This document shows positions 9,501-19,120 of a stretch of DNA of 64,000 nt, in pieces (within the stretch, counting starts at the first letter, position 1; every line of letters begins with the position of its first letter). Under the pieces are notes generated by a model, which was not told the origin of the DNA, ran no database searches, and worked only from the letters and a program-made list of their open reading frames with translations. This DNA is from Pseudomonadota bacterium (GTDB lineage Bacteria > Pseudomonadota > Gammaproteobacteria > Pseudomonadales > UBA7434). The position numbers were made by a program, and so were the translations under genes. The stretch lies in NCBI GenBank assembly GCA_036344075.1, contig JAYYUJ010000011.1:2794-66793 (forward strand), written 5' to 3'.

Positions 9501-10289
9501 TTAAGATAGAAATAATTGATTGAGCAATTGGAATATATAGGCGCTGAGTTGCTGATATTGTGGCAAAAAGCCTGACAGCGAAACCCACAATATGAACAAA
9601 CCAAACATCAATGTGAAGGGGAAGCCCAAAGAAAAAATATTTAACTGCGGTGCCGCGCGGGTCATAATTCCAAAAGCAAAATTAACAATCAAAATAGCAG
9701 TGACTGCCGGCAAAGCCAACAACAAAGCTGATGACAACATCCAGCTACCCGCTGCGGCTAACGTGTAAAGCACCGACTGAGATAATATTCCATCGCCCAC
9801 TGGAAGAAAGTTGAACCCTTCAACGAGTACTTCAAATGCCACTAAATGACCATTGAATGCTAAAAATAAAAGTGTCACCAACAGCACATAGAACTGACTC
9901 AACACCGAAAGGGATACGCCGTTAGTGGGATCAATCATTGAAGCAAAGCCCAAACCCATCTGCATAGCAATCATTTGGCCTGCCATAACAAATACATGAA
10001 AGAAAATCTGGACTAAAAAACCCAAACCAAAGCCAATCAATAGCTGCTCTACGATCAAAAATAACATGGCTAATGACAGCGGATCTATGACAGGTACAAT
10101 CGGTAAAATTGGAAAAATTAGAATGGCTGCTGACAAAGCAATAATTAACCGTATACGCAGTGAGACCAGCTGATTACCGAAAACAGGAACTGCAGTTAAA
10201 AATGCCGCTATTCTGAAAAAAGGCAACAGAAAATTCACTAACCACTGAAGTAAGTCTGCAGGATCAAATAATAAGGCCCCGTCGATCAT
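9501..10289 (-). CDS. fliR: Flagellar export apparatus protein FliR
   Basis: 262-aa polytopic membrane protein that follows fliQ with a 1-nt overlap. Confidence 0.9.
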   Translation of the reverse strand: MIDGALLFDPADLLQWLVNFLLPFFRIAAFLTAVPVFGNQLVSLRIRLIIALSAAILIFPILPIVPVIDPLSLAMLFLIVEQLLIGFGLGFLVQIFFHVFVMAGQMIAMQMGLGFASMIDPTNGVSLSVLSQFYVLLVTLLFLAFNGHLVAFEVLVEGFNFLPVGDGILSQSVLYTLAAAGSWMLSSALLLALPAVTAILIVNFAFGIMTRAAPQLNIFSLGFPFTLMFGLFILWVSLSGFLPQYQQLSAYIFQLLNQLFLS

Positions 10290-10558
10290 CAGCGTGTCAA
10301 ATAAGCGATCGATTCAAAAACATATTGTGAGATATCGAGTAGTTCTTGAATAATCCAAGGGCCTAAAATCATAATAGCAACCAAGGTCGCAACCAACCTT
10401 GGCAAAAAGCTTAAGGTTTGCTCATTAATTTGGGTCGCCGCCTGAAAAACACTGATAATCAAACCCACAATTAAACTCGGCAAAATAATGGCTACCACTA
10501 GCATGACCACCAAAAAAAGGCCTTGACCGAAAACTTCTACTACCGTTTCTGGGCTCAA
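10289..10558 (-). CDS. fliQ: Flagellar export apparatus protein FliQ
   Basis: 89 aa with two TM segments. It contains the motif AATQINEQTLSFLPRL. Confidence 0.92.
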   Translation of the reverse strand: MSPETVVEVFGQGLFLVVMLVVAIILPSLIVGLIISVFQAATQINEQTLSFLPRLVATLVAIMILGPWIIQELLDISQYVFESIAYLTR

Positions 10559-10606
10559 TGGAAATCTCCTTCAATAGCTAGGCACAAAGTTAATGATCAG
10601 TTATGG

Positions 10607-11437
10607 CTAAAGACCGTAGCTAGAGGCTAAACTGCCAATAACCATCGCCCAGCCATCAACCAAAACAAACAACATTATTTTAAAAGGCAAGGAAATAATA
10701 ATTGGTGACAACATCACCATACCCATTGCCATCAAGACGCTAGCAACCACCAAATCGATAATCAAAAAAGGAATAAATAATAAAAAGCCTATTTGAAATG
10801 CAGTTTTCAACTCGCTGGTTAAAAAAGCCGGTGCTAAGACAAAAAATGGTAAGTCATTGATATCGGCCACTGGCCCCGAATCTGATATACGAACAAACAT
10901 ATCAATATCAGACTCTCTTGTTTGTGCCCGCATGAATTGATGTATAGGGATAATCGCTCTATCAACGGCTTGAACTGCTGTTATTTGCTCTTGCATATAG
11001 GGCTGCAGTGCATTGACGTTGACGGTTTCGAACACCGGTCGCATGATAAAAATAGTGAGGAATAAAGCGAGACCTAAGAGAATTTGGTTAGAAGGCGTCT
11101 GCTGAAGGCCTAACGCTTGGCGCAAAATAGCAAACACGATAATGATTCGCGCGAAGGAAGTCATCATCAATAAAAAAGCGGGAAGCAAAGTTAACGCTGT
11201 CATCACCGCCAGTATCTGGATGGTGACGGTATAATCTTCTCCGCCATCAGCACGAGGGGTCATTGTAAAAGCCGGTACTCCAGGCAGTGCACCCTGCTGA
11301 GCCATCAGCGTACTTAAACTTGATGAGCCCGTTTCACTAATAATCGCTGGAGCCTCATCTGACTGAGCAAATCCGCTAGATGTTACCAATAACAAGCAGA
11401 GAAATTGGCAGGTAAGTAATATTTGAGTGATTTTCAC
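10607..11437 (-). CDS. fliP: Flagellar export apparatus protein FliP
   Basis: 276 aa with a signal peptide. Conserved regions read [29 protein letters not shown] and [25 protein letters not shown]. Confidence 0.95.
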   Translation of the reverse strand: MKITQILLTCQFLCLLLVTSSGFAQSDEAPAIISETGSSSLSTLMAQQGALPGVPAFTMTPRADGGEDYTVTIQILAVMTALTLLPAFLLMMTSFARIIIVFAILRQALGLQQTPSNQILLGLALFLTIFIMRPVFETVNVNALQPYMQEQITAVQAVDRAIIPIHQFMRAQTRESDIDMFVRISDSGPVADINDLPFFVLAPAFLTSELKTAFQIGFLLFIPFLIIDLVVASVLMAMGMVMLSPIIISLPFKIMLFVLVDGWAMVIGSLASSYGL

Positions 11438-11452
11438 AATCCAACCTATGCG

Positions 11453-11935
11453 CTAAGAGCGATCAGAATCAACTTTATTATTACTAGAGGATTTCAAATG
11501 CCCTGCTAATAATTTTGCAAAGGGACTTTGCTGGGGAACATGGTCATTATCAAGAATTGGCTGATCATAAGCCTGCAATAAATTCACCCTGCCAGGACTT
11601 ACGCCCAGCAGCAGCTGTTTTTCTCCTAGTTGCACCAAAACCACTCGCTCACGAACACCCACCGACAACGCCGCAATGATGGCCATTTTTTGGTTAAGCC
11701 CCCCAAAAGATTGGTGGCGCCTCAAGTACCAGGCAAACAAGTAGATAACTGCAATGACAAAAAGCAAACTGAATAAAACTTGAAAAACAGATACGGTATT
11801 AATAATCGGCTCTAACTTAGCTATCGGCGCCGCGTTGATTTCTGGATCAAGCTGATCCTTTGCAAACGAAAGTGAAGGCAGAACAATTAAGACCAATACG
11901 ACAACAAATCTAAATAATGATACAAAGGCTATCAT
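11453..11935 (-). CDS. fliO: Flagellar protein FliO
   Basis: 160-aa single-pass membrane protein located between fliN and fliP. It overlaps fliN by 4 nt. The call rests mostly on position. Confidence 0.75.
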   Translation of the reverse strand: MIAFVSLFRFVVVLVLIVLPSLSFAKDQLDPEINAAPIAKLEPIINTVSVFQVLFSLLFVIAVIYLFAWYLRRHQSFGGLNQKMAIIAALSVGVRERVVLVQLGEKQLLLGVSPGRVNLLQAYDQPILDNDHVPQQSPFAKLLAGHLKSSSNNKVDSDRS

Positions 11936-12318
11936 TTTAATTTTTTTATTCGCTCCGAAGGACTAATAACATCCGTTACCCGAATACCAAACTTTTCATT
12001 CACAACCACAACTTCTCCATGCGCTATTAATGTCCCATTCACCAATACGTCCAGAGGTTCACCGGCTAGACGCTCTAACTCAATCACTGAGCCCTGATTT
12101 AACTGTAGCAAATTACGAATTGTTATCTGAGTCGAGCCAACCTCCATCGCTATTTTTACGGGAATATCAAGGACGACTTCCAGATCGGGATTATCAGTGA
12201 GTGGTGTATCAGACGATTGGCTTGATGCCGGATCTAACTCATTCAAAACGGCAGCGTCAGTATTATCATCTGCTAATTCATCATCACCCATCGTATTTTC
12301 TTCTTCGCTCATTGTCAT
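11932..12318 (-). CDS. fliN: Flagellar motor switch protein FliN
   Basis: 128 aa. The C-terminal SpoA domain reads IPVKIAMEVGSTQITIRNLLQLNQGSVIELERLAGEPLDVLVNG. Confidence 0.93.
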   Translation of the reverse strand: MTMSEEENTMGDDELADDNTDAAVLNELDPASSQSSDTPLTDNPDLEVVLDIPVKIAMEVGSTQITIRNLLQLNQGSVIELERLAGEPLDVLVNGTLIAHGEVVVVNEKFGIRVTDVISPSERIKKLK

Positions 12319-12367
12319 ACCTCAAAGATATAAAATTGAATAATCACTTAATCATTCTTGATACTTA

Positions 12368-13342
12368 TCAATCAGTCTCATCAATCGTCGTTCGGCCCAT
12401 TATCTCTAGTCCTAAATGTCCTCTTGAAGTTCCCATGCGAGTTTTATAAATAGGGACCCCATTAGCGCGCAAGATAAGATCCTCAGGAATATCAACAGGA
12501 ATTACATCGCCTTTTTTTAAATCGATAATCTCTCTTAACGACATCTTTTTTTCTACGACTGTACATTCCAAATCAACACTTGCACGTAAGATATCTCTGC
12601 GCAGGGCTTTTAGCCATCGCTCATCAACTTCATCAACATCACCCGTCATACCTGAATCAAGAACATCTTTAATGGGCTCAATCATTGAATAGGGCATGGT
12701 TATATGCATATCGCCACCGCCACCATCAAGATCAATATGGAAAGAACTAACAATCACTGCTTCGCTAGGGCTCACAATATTAGCCATTGCAGGGTTCACT
12801 TCTGAGCCAATACAGTCAAAATTGATATCAAACAAGGGCTTCCAAGCTTCTTCTAAATCTTTAAATGCTTGATCAAGTAACATTTGAACAACTCTTAATT
12901 CAGTCGGTGTAAACTCTCTGCCATCAACCTTAGCATGATGCCCATCACCACCAAAAAAATTATCAACCAACTTAAAAACCAACTTTGCCTCGAAAACAAA
13001 TAACGCCATACCACGTAATGGTTGCATACGAACCATATTTAAACTGGTAGGCACATAGAGGGTTTGAATATATTCGCCAAACTTTTGCACTTGAACACCG
13101 CCGATTGAAACTTCAGCGCTACGCCTCAACATATTAAAGAGGCTAACACGCGTTTGACGGGCAAAACGTTCATTAATTAACTCGAGTGTGGGCATGCGCC
13201 CCCGGATAATACGGTCTTGAGATGTTAGGTCATAAACTGAGAAATCGCCCTGAACAATATCACTTTCAATATTGATATCACCATCGTCCACACCGTGAAG
13301 CAAGGCATCGATTTCTTCTTGAGATAAAATATCATCTGTCAC
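12368..13342 (-). CDS. fliM: Flagellar motor switch protein FliM
   Basis: 324 aa. The N-terminal CheY-P binding motif reads LSQEEIDALL. It uses a GTG start. Confidence 0.95.
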   Translation of the reverse strand: MTDDILSQEEIDALLHGVDDGDINIESDIVQGDFSVYDLTSQDRIIRGRMPTLELINERFARQTRVSLFNMLRRSAEVSIGGVQVQKFGEYIQTLYVPTSLNMVRMQPLRGMALFVFEAKLVFKLVDNFFGGDGHHAKVDGREFTPTELRVVQMLLDQAFKDLEEAWKPLFDINFDCIGSEVNPAMANIVSPSEAVIVSSFHIDLDGGGGDMHITMPYSMIEPIKDVLDSGMTGDVDEVDERWLKALRRDILRASVDLECTVVEKKMSLREIIDLKKGDVIPVDIPEDLILRANGVPIYKTRMGTSRGHLGLEIMGRTTIDETD

Positions 13343-13440
13343 ACTAATAACCTAATAGTTGTTTTTTTAACGGTATTGTAAATGAATCCTTTTTAAAAAT
13401 ACTATTGCAAGGTATAGCGAGTGAATAATATGTTTTCTAT

Positions 13441-13855
13441 TCAAAACCGACCCACTTCTGCTTGCGTAATCTTTTGCACTCCTGAAAGTATATTCTGCTT
13501 TAACAATTCTCGACTCTGCAAACTTTTCAAGCTTGAAAAAGTTTGTTCGCCCAACTTTAAGCTAAATATGCTTATAATTTTCGGGGCATGGGGCATTTAA
13601 CACCTCTGCAGTCTGTTCATCCAATAACACCAAAACATGCCCTAACTCTATTAAATGCGCTCGTCCAGACACGATGAAATGCTTTTAACAGTTAGATTCC
13701 GCCTGTAAATATATGATCTCTAGTGATTATCTTCAGGCGATTTAATTGCAGCAAACTTACTAGGGCAAACGAACCCGGTAGTGTAATTAACATTAAAATA
13801 ACCGCAAATAGCAAAGACTGCTTTTTGAGTTTAAGCTGCAAAACCGCGTTTTCAT
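13441..13855 (-). pseudogene. fliL: fliL pseudogene (flagellar basal-body-associated protein FliL), multiply disrupted
   Basis: There is no ORF of 60 aa or more where fliL belongs, between fliK and fliM. Hand translation recovers FliL-like pieces in three frames. The ATG at 13853-13855 hits a stop after 20 codons (13793-13795). The TM piece LKLKKQSLLFAVILMLITLPGSFALVSLL lies in frame -1 and ends at 13692-13694. The piece IIYLQAESNC*KHFIVSGRAHLIELGHVLVLLDEQTAEVLNAP is back in the ATG frame and carries an in-frame TAA (13685-13687). The C-terminal piece IFSLKLGEQTFSSLKSLQSRELLKQNILSGVQKITQAEVGRF* lies after a 7-bp tandem duplication. Confidence 0.8.
13583..13596. repeat. 7-bp perfect tandem duplication (GGGGCAT x2) that frameshifts fliL
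   Basis: The plus strand reads ggggcatggggcat. Deleting one copy joins ..EVLNAP to KIISIFSLKLGEQTF.. in a single frame. Confidence 0.85.
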
Positions 13856-13909
13856 CTTGCTTATCTATCGTGCCAAATAACCGGCGCTTTTAAATCTCAC
13901 TAGGATTAA

Positions 13910-13925
13910 AGCAAGTCCTGTGCCA
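13910..13925 (-). promoter_or_regulatory. sigma54 (RpoN) promoter of the fliL-fliMNOPQR operon
   Basis: The minus strand reads TGGCACAGGACTTGCT, an exact match to TGGCAC-N5-TTGCW. The -12 element is about 55 nt upstream of the fliL ATG remnant. Confidence 0.65.
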
Positions 13926-14182
13926 TTTAATAGACAGGGCGCTTAGACATGGACTGACCGAATGCTTATATTTTAGACGACAACAAGGACAAGTTTTGCT
14001 TAGGTGTGCGATAAAGAACCACTCTAAATGATTTTACATTAGACCAGCAAAAATACGTTCGATAATGCGTAAAATCTGAGTGGTCAATAAAAAACGGCAG
14101 GGTAAAAAATTGTAGCCTCTCTAAATTGAAATAGGTATAGGCCATGGCCATCGATATCAAGCTATTCAACCATTTCAGCGGA

Positions 14183-15244
14183 CTAAACAAAAGTATCGAC
14201 CGCACCATAACGAAGGATAATACCGCTGATATTGACCGCCTCCTTATTAGCCATGAAATTGCTCTCGGCAGATAACCGTTCGTCTGTAACCGCACCAGTT
14301 AATAACAAATCAGCCAATCTATAAGGATCAGCCGATGCCGATTGCTCCTCACCGTCATTCACCTCAACATCGAGCAACTCAAGCCCATGATCAGAAAAAA
14401 GCTCTTTTAGGCGGGAGGCATTCGATTCTAATAGCTCCCTAGTTGTGGCATTCTGACTGACAATAAATACTAATGTAGTGTCTTGGCGCTGATCGATTCT
14501 TACCTGAAGCGCACCAAGCTCTGGTGGGTTGAGATGTATTTCCGCTCGACTTATATTCTGTCCGACTAACCAACTCATTCGCTGTTCAAATTGCGAGCCC
14601 CACTGAGGGTGGGATATAGGCAGAAACATTAATGATGTTGAGGACGTACCAGGGGCATGTAAAGTATTATGACTAATAGAGGCCGAGCGTAAATCAATAC
14701 TGGGAGTTAAACGGGTATTGATATTCAAGACAGATTCTTTAATGTCAATATCAGCCATACCATTGTTATTAATTAGCAATGTTGCCAACCCCCCATCCGG
14801 GCTTGAGGAGGCATTGGCAAATGCTGATCCAAATGCATCGATCGATATCGCTGATGGCGTCGATGAACTCAACGATTGAAATTGCTGCCCCATGCCCAGG
14901 AGTGTTTTAGCCTGTAAGCTCTCCGCCAATTTAAGCGACTTAGTATCCGTTGAAGCATTCTGATCACTCGAAAGACGCAAGGCTTGGCTATGCTCGACCT
15001 CTTCGACAGGCAAATGTCTGCCGACCGGCGGCACAAAGTTACCAGTAGTATCAGCTTCATCAGCTAATCTTTCTGACTCCCGATACTTAAAAGCGATATT
15101 TTTTGAATAAGTTTTATTAAACAATAATTTATCAGCTTTACTTGATACTGAATCAAGCCTATTACTTGACATTGATGCATGATCAGTAACCCCAGTGTGT
15201 TGAGCTGATGTCAAAATTGATGTCATTAAAAATGCCTCAGTCAT
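14183..15244 (-). CDS. fliK: Flagellar hook-length control protein FliK
   Basis: 353 aa with a Ser/Thr/Gln-rich N-terminal part. The C-terminal Flg_hook domain reads NPPELGALQVRIDQRQDTTLVFIVSQNATTRELLESNASRLKELFSDHGLEL. The true start may be the ATG at 15226. Confidence 0.85.
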   Translation of the reverse strand: MTEAFLMTSILTSAQHTGVTDHASMSSNRLDSVSSKADKLLFNKTYSKNIAFKYRESERLADEADTTGNFVPPVGRHLPVEEVEHSQALRLSSDQNASTDTKSLKLAESLQAKTLLGMGQQFQSLSSSTPSAISIDAFGSAFANASSSPDGGLATLLINNNGMADIDIKESVLNINTRLTPSIDLRSASISHNTLHAPGTSSTSLMFLPISHPQWGSQFEQRMSWLVGQNISRAEIHLNPPELGALQVRIDQRQDTTLVFIVSQNATTRELLESNASRLKELFSDHGLELLDVEVNDGEEQSASADPYRLADLLLTGAVTDERLSAESNFMANKEAVNISGIILRYGAVDTFV

Positions 15245-15261
15245 CCTAATAAAGATTTTAA

Positions 15262-15277
15262 TGCATTGTTAATGCCA
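15262..15277 (-). promoter_or_regulatory. sigma54-type promoter candidate upstream of fliK
   Basis: The minus strand reads TGGCATTAACAATGCA, with correct GG/GC spacing and an ATGCA -12 variant. It lies only about 18 nt from the annotated ATG, so it fits only if fliK starts at 15226. Confidence 0.3.
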
Positions 15278-15439
15278 ATACGCACAATGAATAGTACTCA
15301 TAAAACGACTATCAAAGTGCTGGCTCGCTAAGTGCTACTTAAAGCTTAGCAATTGAAGGATCTTAAACAAGATAGGGTGGTAAAAAATGCCTGTTAATGA
15401 AAGAAATTTATCTAATAAATGAAATAAATGTTGCGCCGA

Positions 15440-15904
15440 TCACAATTCATCATCGCTTATGCACGAATGCCTTGCTGACCAACTATCCAGATTTTCCTGA
15501 TCATGCTTTTTATCCTGCTTAAGTTGCTGTTCGCGCCGCGCTAAGTTTTCAAGCTCATGCCAACGTTGTTCTTTAGCATAACTGCGAGACCAAGTAGAGC
15601 GACTGTCTGACACCACCTGCTCGGCAGTTTTTAGTTGGCGCTCTTGAACGCCAACAGCATAATTAAGATCAGCCATAAAGCGGCTATTATTTTTCAGGGC
15701 ACTCACACTAATTGGAGCTTGGGTCGCTGCATCTATCGACTGTTTATTGAAGTATTCATTTTGATAAGATTGCAACTGTGAATGAGCCAACTGTTGCTTT
15801 TGTAAAAGTTGCTGGCGCAACTGAAGGTCAGCTAAATTTGACTGCGTCTTTAGAGCCGCAAGTCTTGCCAGCAAATTTAACCGCAGCGCTTTGTGCTTAG
15901 ACAT
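15440..15904 (-). CDS. fliJ: Flagellar export chaperone FliJ
   Basis: 154 aa with Gln/Leu-rich coiled-coil composition. It overlaps the end of fliI by 8 nt. The call rests on position. Confidence 0.8.
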   Translation of the reverse strand: MSKHKALRLNLLARLAALKTQSNLADLQLRQQLLQKQQLAHSQLQSYQNEYFNKQSIDAATQAPISVSALKNNSRFMADLNYAVGVQERQLKTAEQVVSDSRSTWSRSYAKEQRWHELENLARREQQLKQDKKHDQENLDSWSARHSCISDDEL

Positions 15905-17312
15905 TATTCGCCACTACTGGATCGATGAGCGAGGAAGACGATTCAGAAACAAAAGAAGCGTCCCCATGTTCCCCTTCATCAATATAGTCATCTGAAGTAT
16001 CTACTAAAATTGCGGCTAATGCACTAACGCTCTCATCAAAGCTCACGCTTTCATCATGAGATTGAGTTAAAAACGTCTCAATCGCAGGCTGACAACTCAC
16101 CGCTAAATCAGTTACCTTATCAGCACCGATAACATAAGCACCAACGTTAATCAGGTCTCTACTCTGTTGATAGCGTGCATATAACTGCTTCACTTTCAAT
16201 GCTAAGCGTAGGTGTGACTGATCAACAACTGATGCCATAGACCGACTCACCGAGGCCTGTATATCAACCGCAGGATAAATAGCTTGCTCAGCTATCTCGC
16301 GAGATAAAACAATATGGCCATCAAGAATTGCACGTGCAGAGTCGGCAATTGGATCGCTCAAATCATCACCCTCTACTAAAACGGTATAAATTGCCGTGAC
16401 AGACCCACCATTACCTGAGCCATTTCCTGCCCGCTCAACCAATTGAGGCAAACGAGCAAAAACAGAGGGAGGATAACCCTTAGTAGCGGGCGGTTCGCCA
16501 GTTGCCAGTGCAATTTCACGCTGAGCTTGCGCATAACGAGTCAACGAATCAAATAATAGTAAGGTGCGCTTACCCTTATCACGAAAATACTCTGCTAAGC
16601 GAGTGGCATACATACCAGAACGCAACCGCATCACGGGCGTCTCATCGGCTGGCGCCGCAACAATAACAGACTTAGCTAAATTGGCACCCGATAAATTTGA
16701 CTCAACAAATTCACGAACTTCTTTACCTCGTTCTCCTACTAAGGCCACAATAACAACATCAGCCTCAGTAAATCGAGACATCATACCTAGCAACACACTT
16801 TTACCCACGCCACTACCAGCAAACAAGCCGACCCGCTGTCCACATCCAATGCTCAACGAGGCATTAATCGATCGGACACCGACATCCAGCACTTGATTGA
16901 TTGGCTCTCTTTCGAGGGGATTAATGGGTTGCGGATGAAAAGAAATATTTTCAACACTTCCGATCGAACCTTTGCCATCGATAGGCGAGCCGACACCATC
17001 GACAATACGACCTAACAGCGCCTCGCCTGCTGGCACCTCTTCACTGGCCATAATAGGCTTTACTAAAGCTCCCGGCTTTAGCTCTCTAATTGGCACTAAA
17101 GGCATCAAATAAGTAATAGAATGATTAAAGCCTACCACTTCAACTTCAAAGCTAAGCGAATCACTAGCCATAACCTGACAACGAGCACCCATGGCTAAAT
17201 TGAGCCCTACCGCCTCCAAAGAAAGACCCACGACCTTGGATATATGACCAACCGCATGCGCTTTAACTTCAGGCACACCACAGGCCAAACGATCGGCAAA
17301 ATAGCTTAACAT
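15897..17312 (-). CDS. fliI: Flagellum-specific ATPase FliI
   Basis: 471 aa. Walker A reads GSGVGKSVLLGM and Walker B reads LLLFDSLTR. It has F1-beta-like architecture and an acidic/Ser-rich C-terminal tail of about 35 aa. Confidence 0.95.
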   Translation of the reverse strand: MLSYFADRLACGVPEVKAHAVGHISKVVGLSLEAVGLNLAMGARCQVMASDSLSFEVEVVGFNHSITYLMPLVPIRELKPGALVKPIMASEEVPAGEALLGRIVDGVGSPIDGKGSIGSVENISFHPQPINPLEREPINQVLDVGVRSINASLSIGCGQRVGLFAGSGVGKSVLLGMMSRFTEADVVIVALVGERGKEVREFVESNLSGANLAKSVIVAAPADETPVMRLRSGMYATRLAEYFRDKGKRTLLLFDSLTRYAQAQREIALATGEPPATKGYPPSVFARLPQLVERAGNGSGNGGSVTAIYTVLVEGDDLSDPIADSARAILDGHIVLSREIAEQAIYPAVDIQASVSRSMASVVDQSHLRLALKVKQLYARYQQSRDLINVGAYVIGADKVTDLAVSCQPAIETFLTQSHDESVSFDESVSALAAILVDTSDDYIDEGEHGDASFVSESSSSLIDPVVANNV

Positions 17313-17314
17313 GT

Positions 17315-18064
17315 CTAAGCTTTGGCCTCTGGGAATACGCTATCTAAAATCGTTTGAAACCGAGTTGAACGCCTAAAATCGACTAAGCTATTTTCACTTT
17401 CAATAAGACAGTCGCCAAGCTCCAAGTTATCTCTCGCGCATAACTGCCACTCTGGCTGAACAAAACCTGTTATTGACTCCAAGGTAGCTAGATCCTTGGG
17501 ATGAAGGAATAAAGTCAAATCGGTTTCAGTCACCGGCAAGGCATCAATAGCCAAACCAACAACTGAAGCTATACTGCTATTATCAAGCAGCAACTCTCTC
17601 TCACAAACTTTCTTGCTGATTTCTTCTACCAACTCTGTTAAAGTTTGCTTAAGCGCATGGCTTTGCTTAGCAAGCGGATTAACTATCTCACTGATAAGAG
17701 TGGATAAACTCGCTTTTTGAGCTGCGAGTTGATCGGATGCTAATTGCTCAACGATGGCCTTGGCTCGTTGCTCACCTTCGAAATAGCCTTTTTCATAACC
17801 GCTGGCTCTGCCTTGCTGAAAGCCCTCTTGCTCAGCTTGGAGCTTGATTTGCGCTAACTGCTCGACCGACATCGCACGATGTAGTCGCGGTCTAGTAACA
17901 TCATTCGGATAGCTGACTATTTTTTTTTGAGAAAACCCACCTTGACTCGGCGTTTTAATTTCAGGACTAACAATATGATTTGCTTCAAACTCAGGTAATA
18001 ACCAGGGCTCGACAACAGTAGGAAGCTCTTCGGGGACTGCATCATCAGGCATAATATCTCTCAT
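17315..18064 (-). CDS. fliH: Flagellar assembly protein FliH
   Basis: It lies between fliG and fliI and has charged coiled-coil and C-terminal FliH-like regions. I chose the first ATG (18064) as the start. The ORF track uses a TTG at 18088. Confidence 0.8.
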   Translation of the reverse strand: MRDIMPDDAVPEELPTVVEPWLLPEFEANHIVSPEIKTPSQGGFSQKKIVSYPNDVTRPRLHRAMSVEQLAQIKLQAEQEGFQQGRASGYEKGYFEGEQRAKAIVEQLASDQLAAQKASLSTLISEIVNPLAKQSHALKQTLTELVEEISKKVCERELLLDNSSIASVVGLAIDALPVTETDLTLFLHPKDLATLESITGFVQPEWQLCARDNLELGDCLIESENSLVDFRRSTRFQTILDSVFPEAKA

Positions 18065-18106
18065 AATGAATGTCAGAAAAATAAACAAATAGTTGTTAAG
18101 CTCTGA

Positions 18107-19120
18107 TTAGAGCATTTGCTCACCAGGGCCGCCCAAAATAATTTCACCGTCGTCTGCCATGCGTCTTGCTATAGTCAGTATTTCGCGTTGCGCCGCTTCA
18201 ACATCGCTTAACTTAGTTGGCCCGGTCGCCTCTAAATCATCACGCAGGAGTTCAGCTGCTCGAGCAGACATATTATTGTATATTTTTTCTCTAAGCTCTT
18301 CGTCAGCGCCTTTTAGGGCGATTACCAACCCTTCATTAGACACTTCCCTCAGCAATAGCTGAATACCTCGATCATCAACATCAAGTAGATTCGCAAAAAC
18401 AAACATAAGATCTTGTATTGTCTCAGCCAACTCAGAATCAATGTCACCCAAAGCACCCATTAACTCTGACTCAATATTACCATCAAGGTTAGTCATTATG
18501 TCGGCGGCAACCTTGGTGCCACCGATGCGACGCTTTTGAGCAGACGAACCTCCTGAGAATTGTCGCTCTAAAATATTATTTAATTCATTTAATGCATCAG
18601 GCTGAACCGTATCGAGTTTTGCCACTCTAACAATGACATCTAAACGCATATTCTCAGGCAAATAAGACAAAACCTCCGCCGATAGATCACCCTCTAAATA
18701 GGCAATAACAATCGCTTGAATCTGTGGATGTTCCTGTTTAATGACGTCTGAAATAGCCCTAGCATCCATCCACTTTAATGTATCAAGACCTTGGGTATTT
18801 CCACCCAATAAAATCCTGTCAATAATACCTGATGCTTTCTCTGCGCCAAGTGCTCGAGTAAGCATATTTCTTACATAACTGTCAGCACCAATACCGAAGC
18901 CGGTTGTGTTTGTGATTTCCGCAATAAAAGCGTTAAACACGGCGGCGACCCGTTCACGCTTTACATCTGACAAAGTTGCCATTGAAGTTCCGATTCTTTG
19001 CACCTCTTTTGGGCCTAATTGCTTTAAAATGTTAGCTGCCGCCTCTTCGCCCACGGTCAATAATAAAATGGCCGCTTTTTCAATATAGGGAATCTCGTCG
19101 TAAATAGACTTATCACTCAT
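18107..19120 (-). CDS. fliG: Flagellar motor switch protein FliG
   Basis: 337 aa. It contains EKAAILLLTVGEEAAANILKQLGPKEVQRI, and the C-terminal torque helix region reads MSARAAELLRDDLEA. Confidence 0.95.
   Translation of the reverse strand: MSDKSIYDEIPYIEKAAILLLTVGEEAAANILKQLGPKEVQRIGTSMATLSDVKRERVAAVFNAFIAEITNTTGFGIGADSYVRNMLTRALGAEKASGIIDRILLGGNTQGLDTLKWMDARAISDVIKQEHPQIQAIVIAYLEGDLSAEVLSYLPENMRLDVIVRVAKLDTVQPDALNELNNILERQFSGGSSAQKRRIGGTKVAADIMTNLDGNIESELMGALGDIDSELAETIQDLMFVFANLLDVDDRGIQLLLREVSNEGLVIALKGADEELREKIYNNMSARAAELLRDDLEATGPTKLSDVEAAQREILTIARRMADDGEIILGGPGEQML

Noticed and set aside
13901-13926. ATGGCACAGGACTTGCTTTAA first looked like the original fliL start (MAQDLL*)
   Set aside because: The same bases form an exact TGGCAC-N5-TTGCT sigma54 promoter, which is a better explanation. 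The FliL-like coding remnant starts downstream, at 13855.
13966-14295. A 109-aa ORF on the minus strand in the fliK-fliL gap
   Set aside because: Its 5' third overlaps the fliK 3' end in another frame. The rest lies in AT-rich DNA upstream of the sigma54 promoter. Its composition (F/Y/S/L-rich, no motif) looks like a chance ORF, and I see no RBS.
15321-15336. A plus-strand TGGCTC-N5-GTGCT sigma54-like match in the fliJ-fliK gap
   Set aside because: It points away from fliK, antisense into fliJ, and the -12 element is poor. It is probably coincidental.
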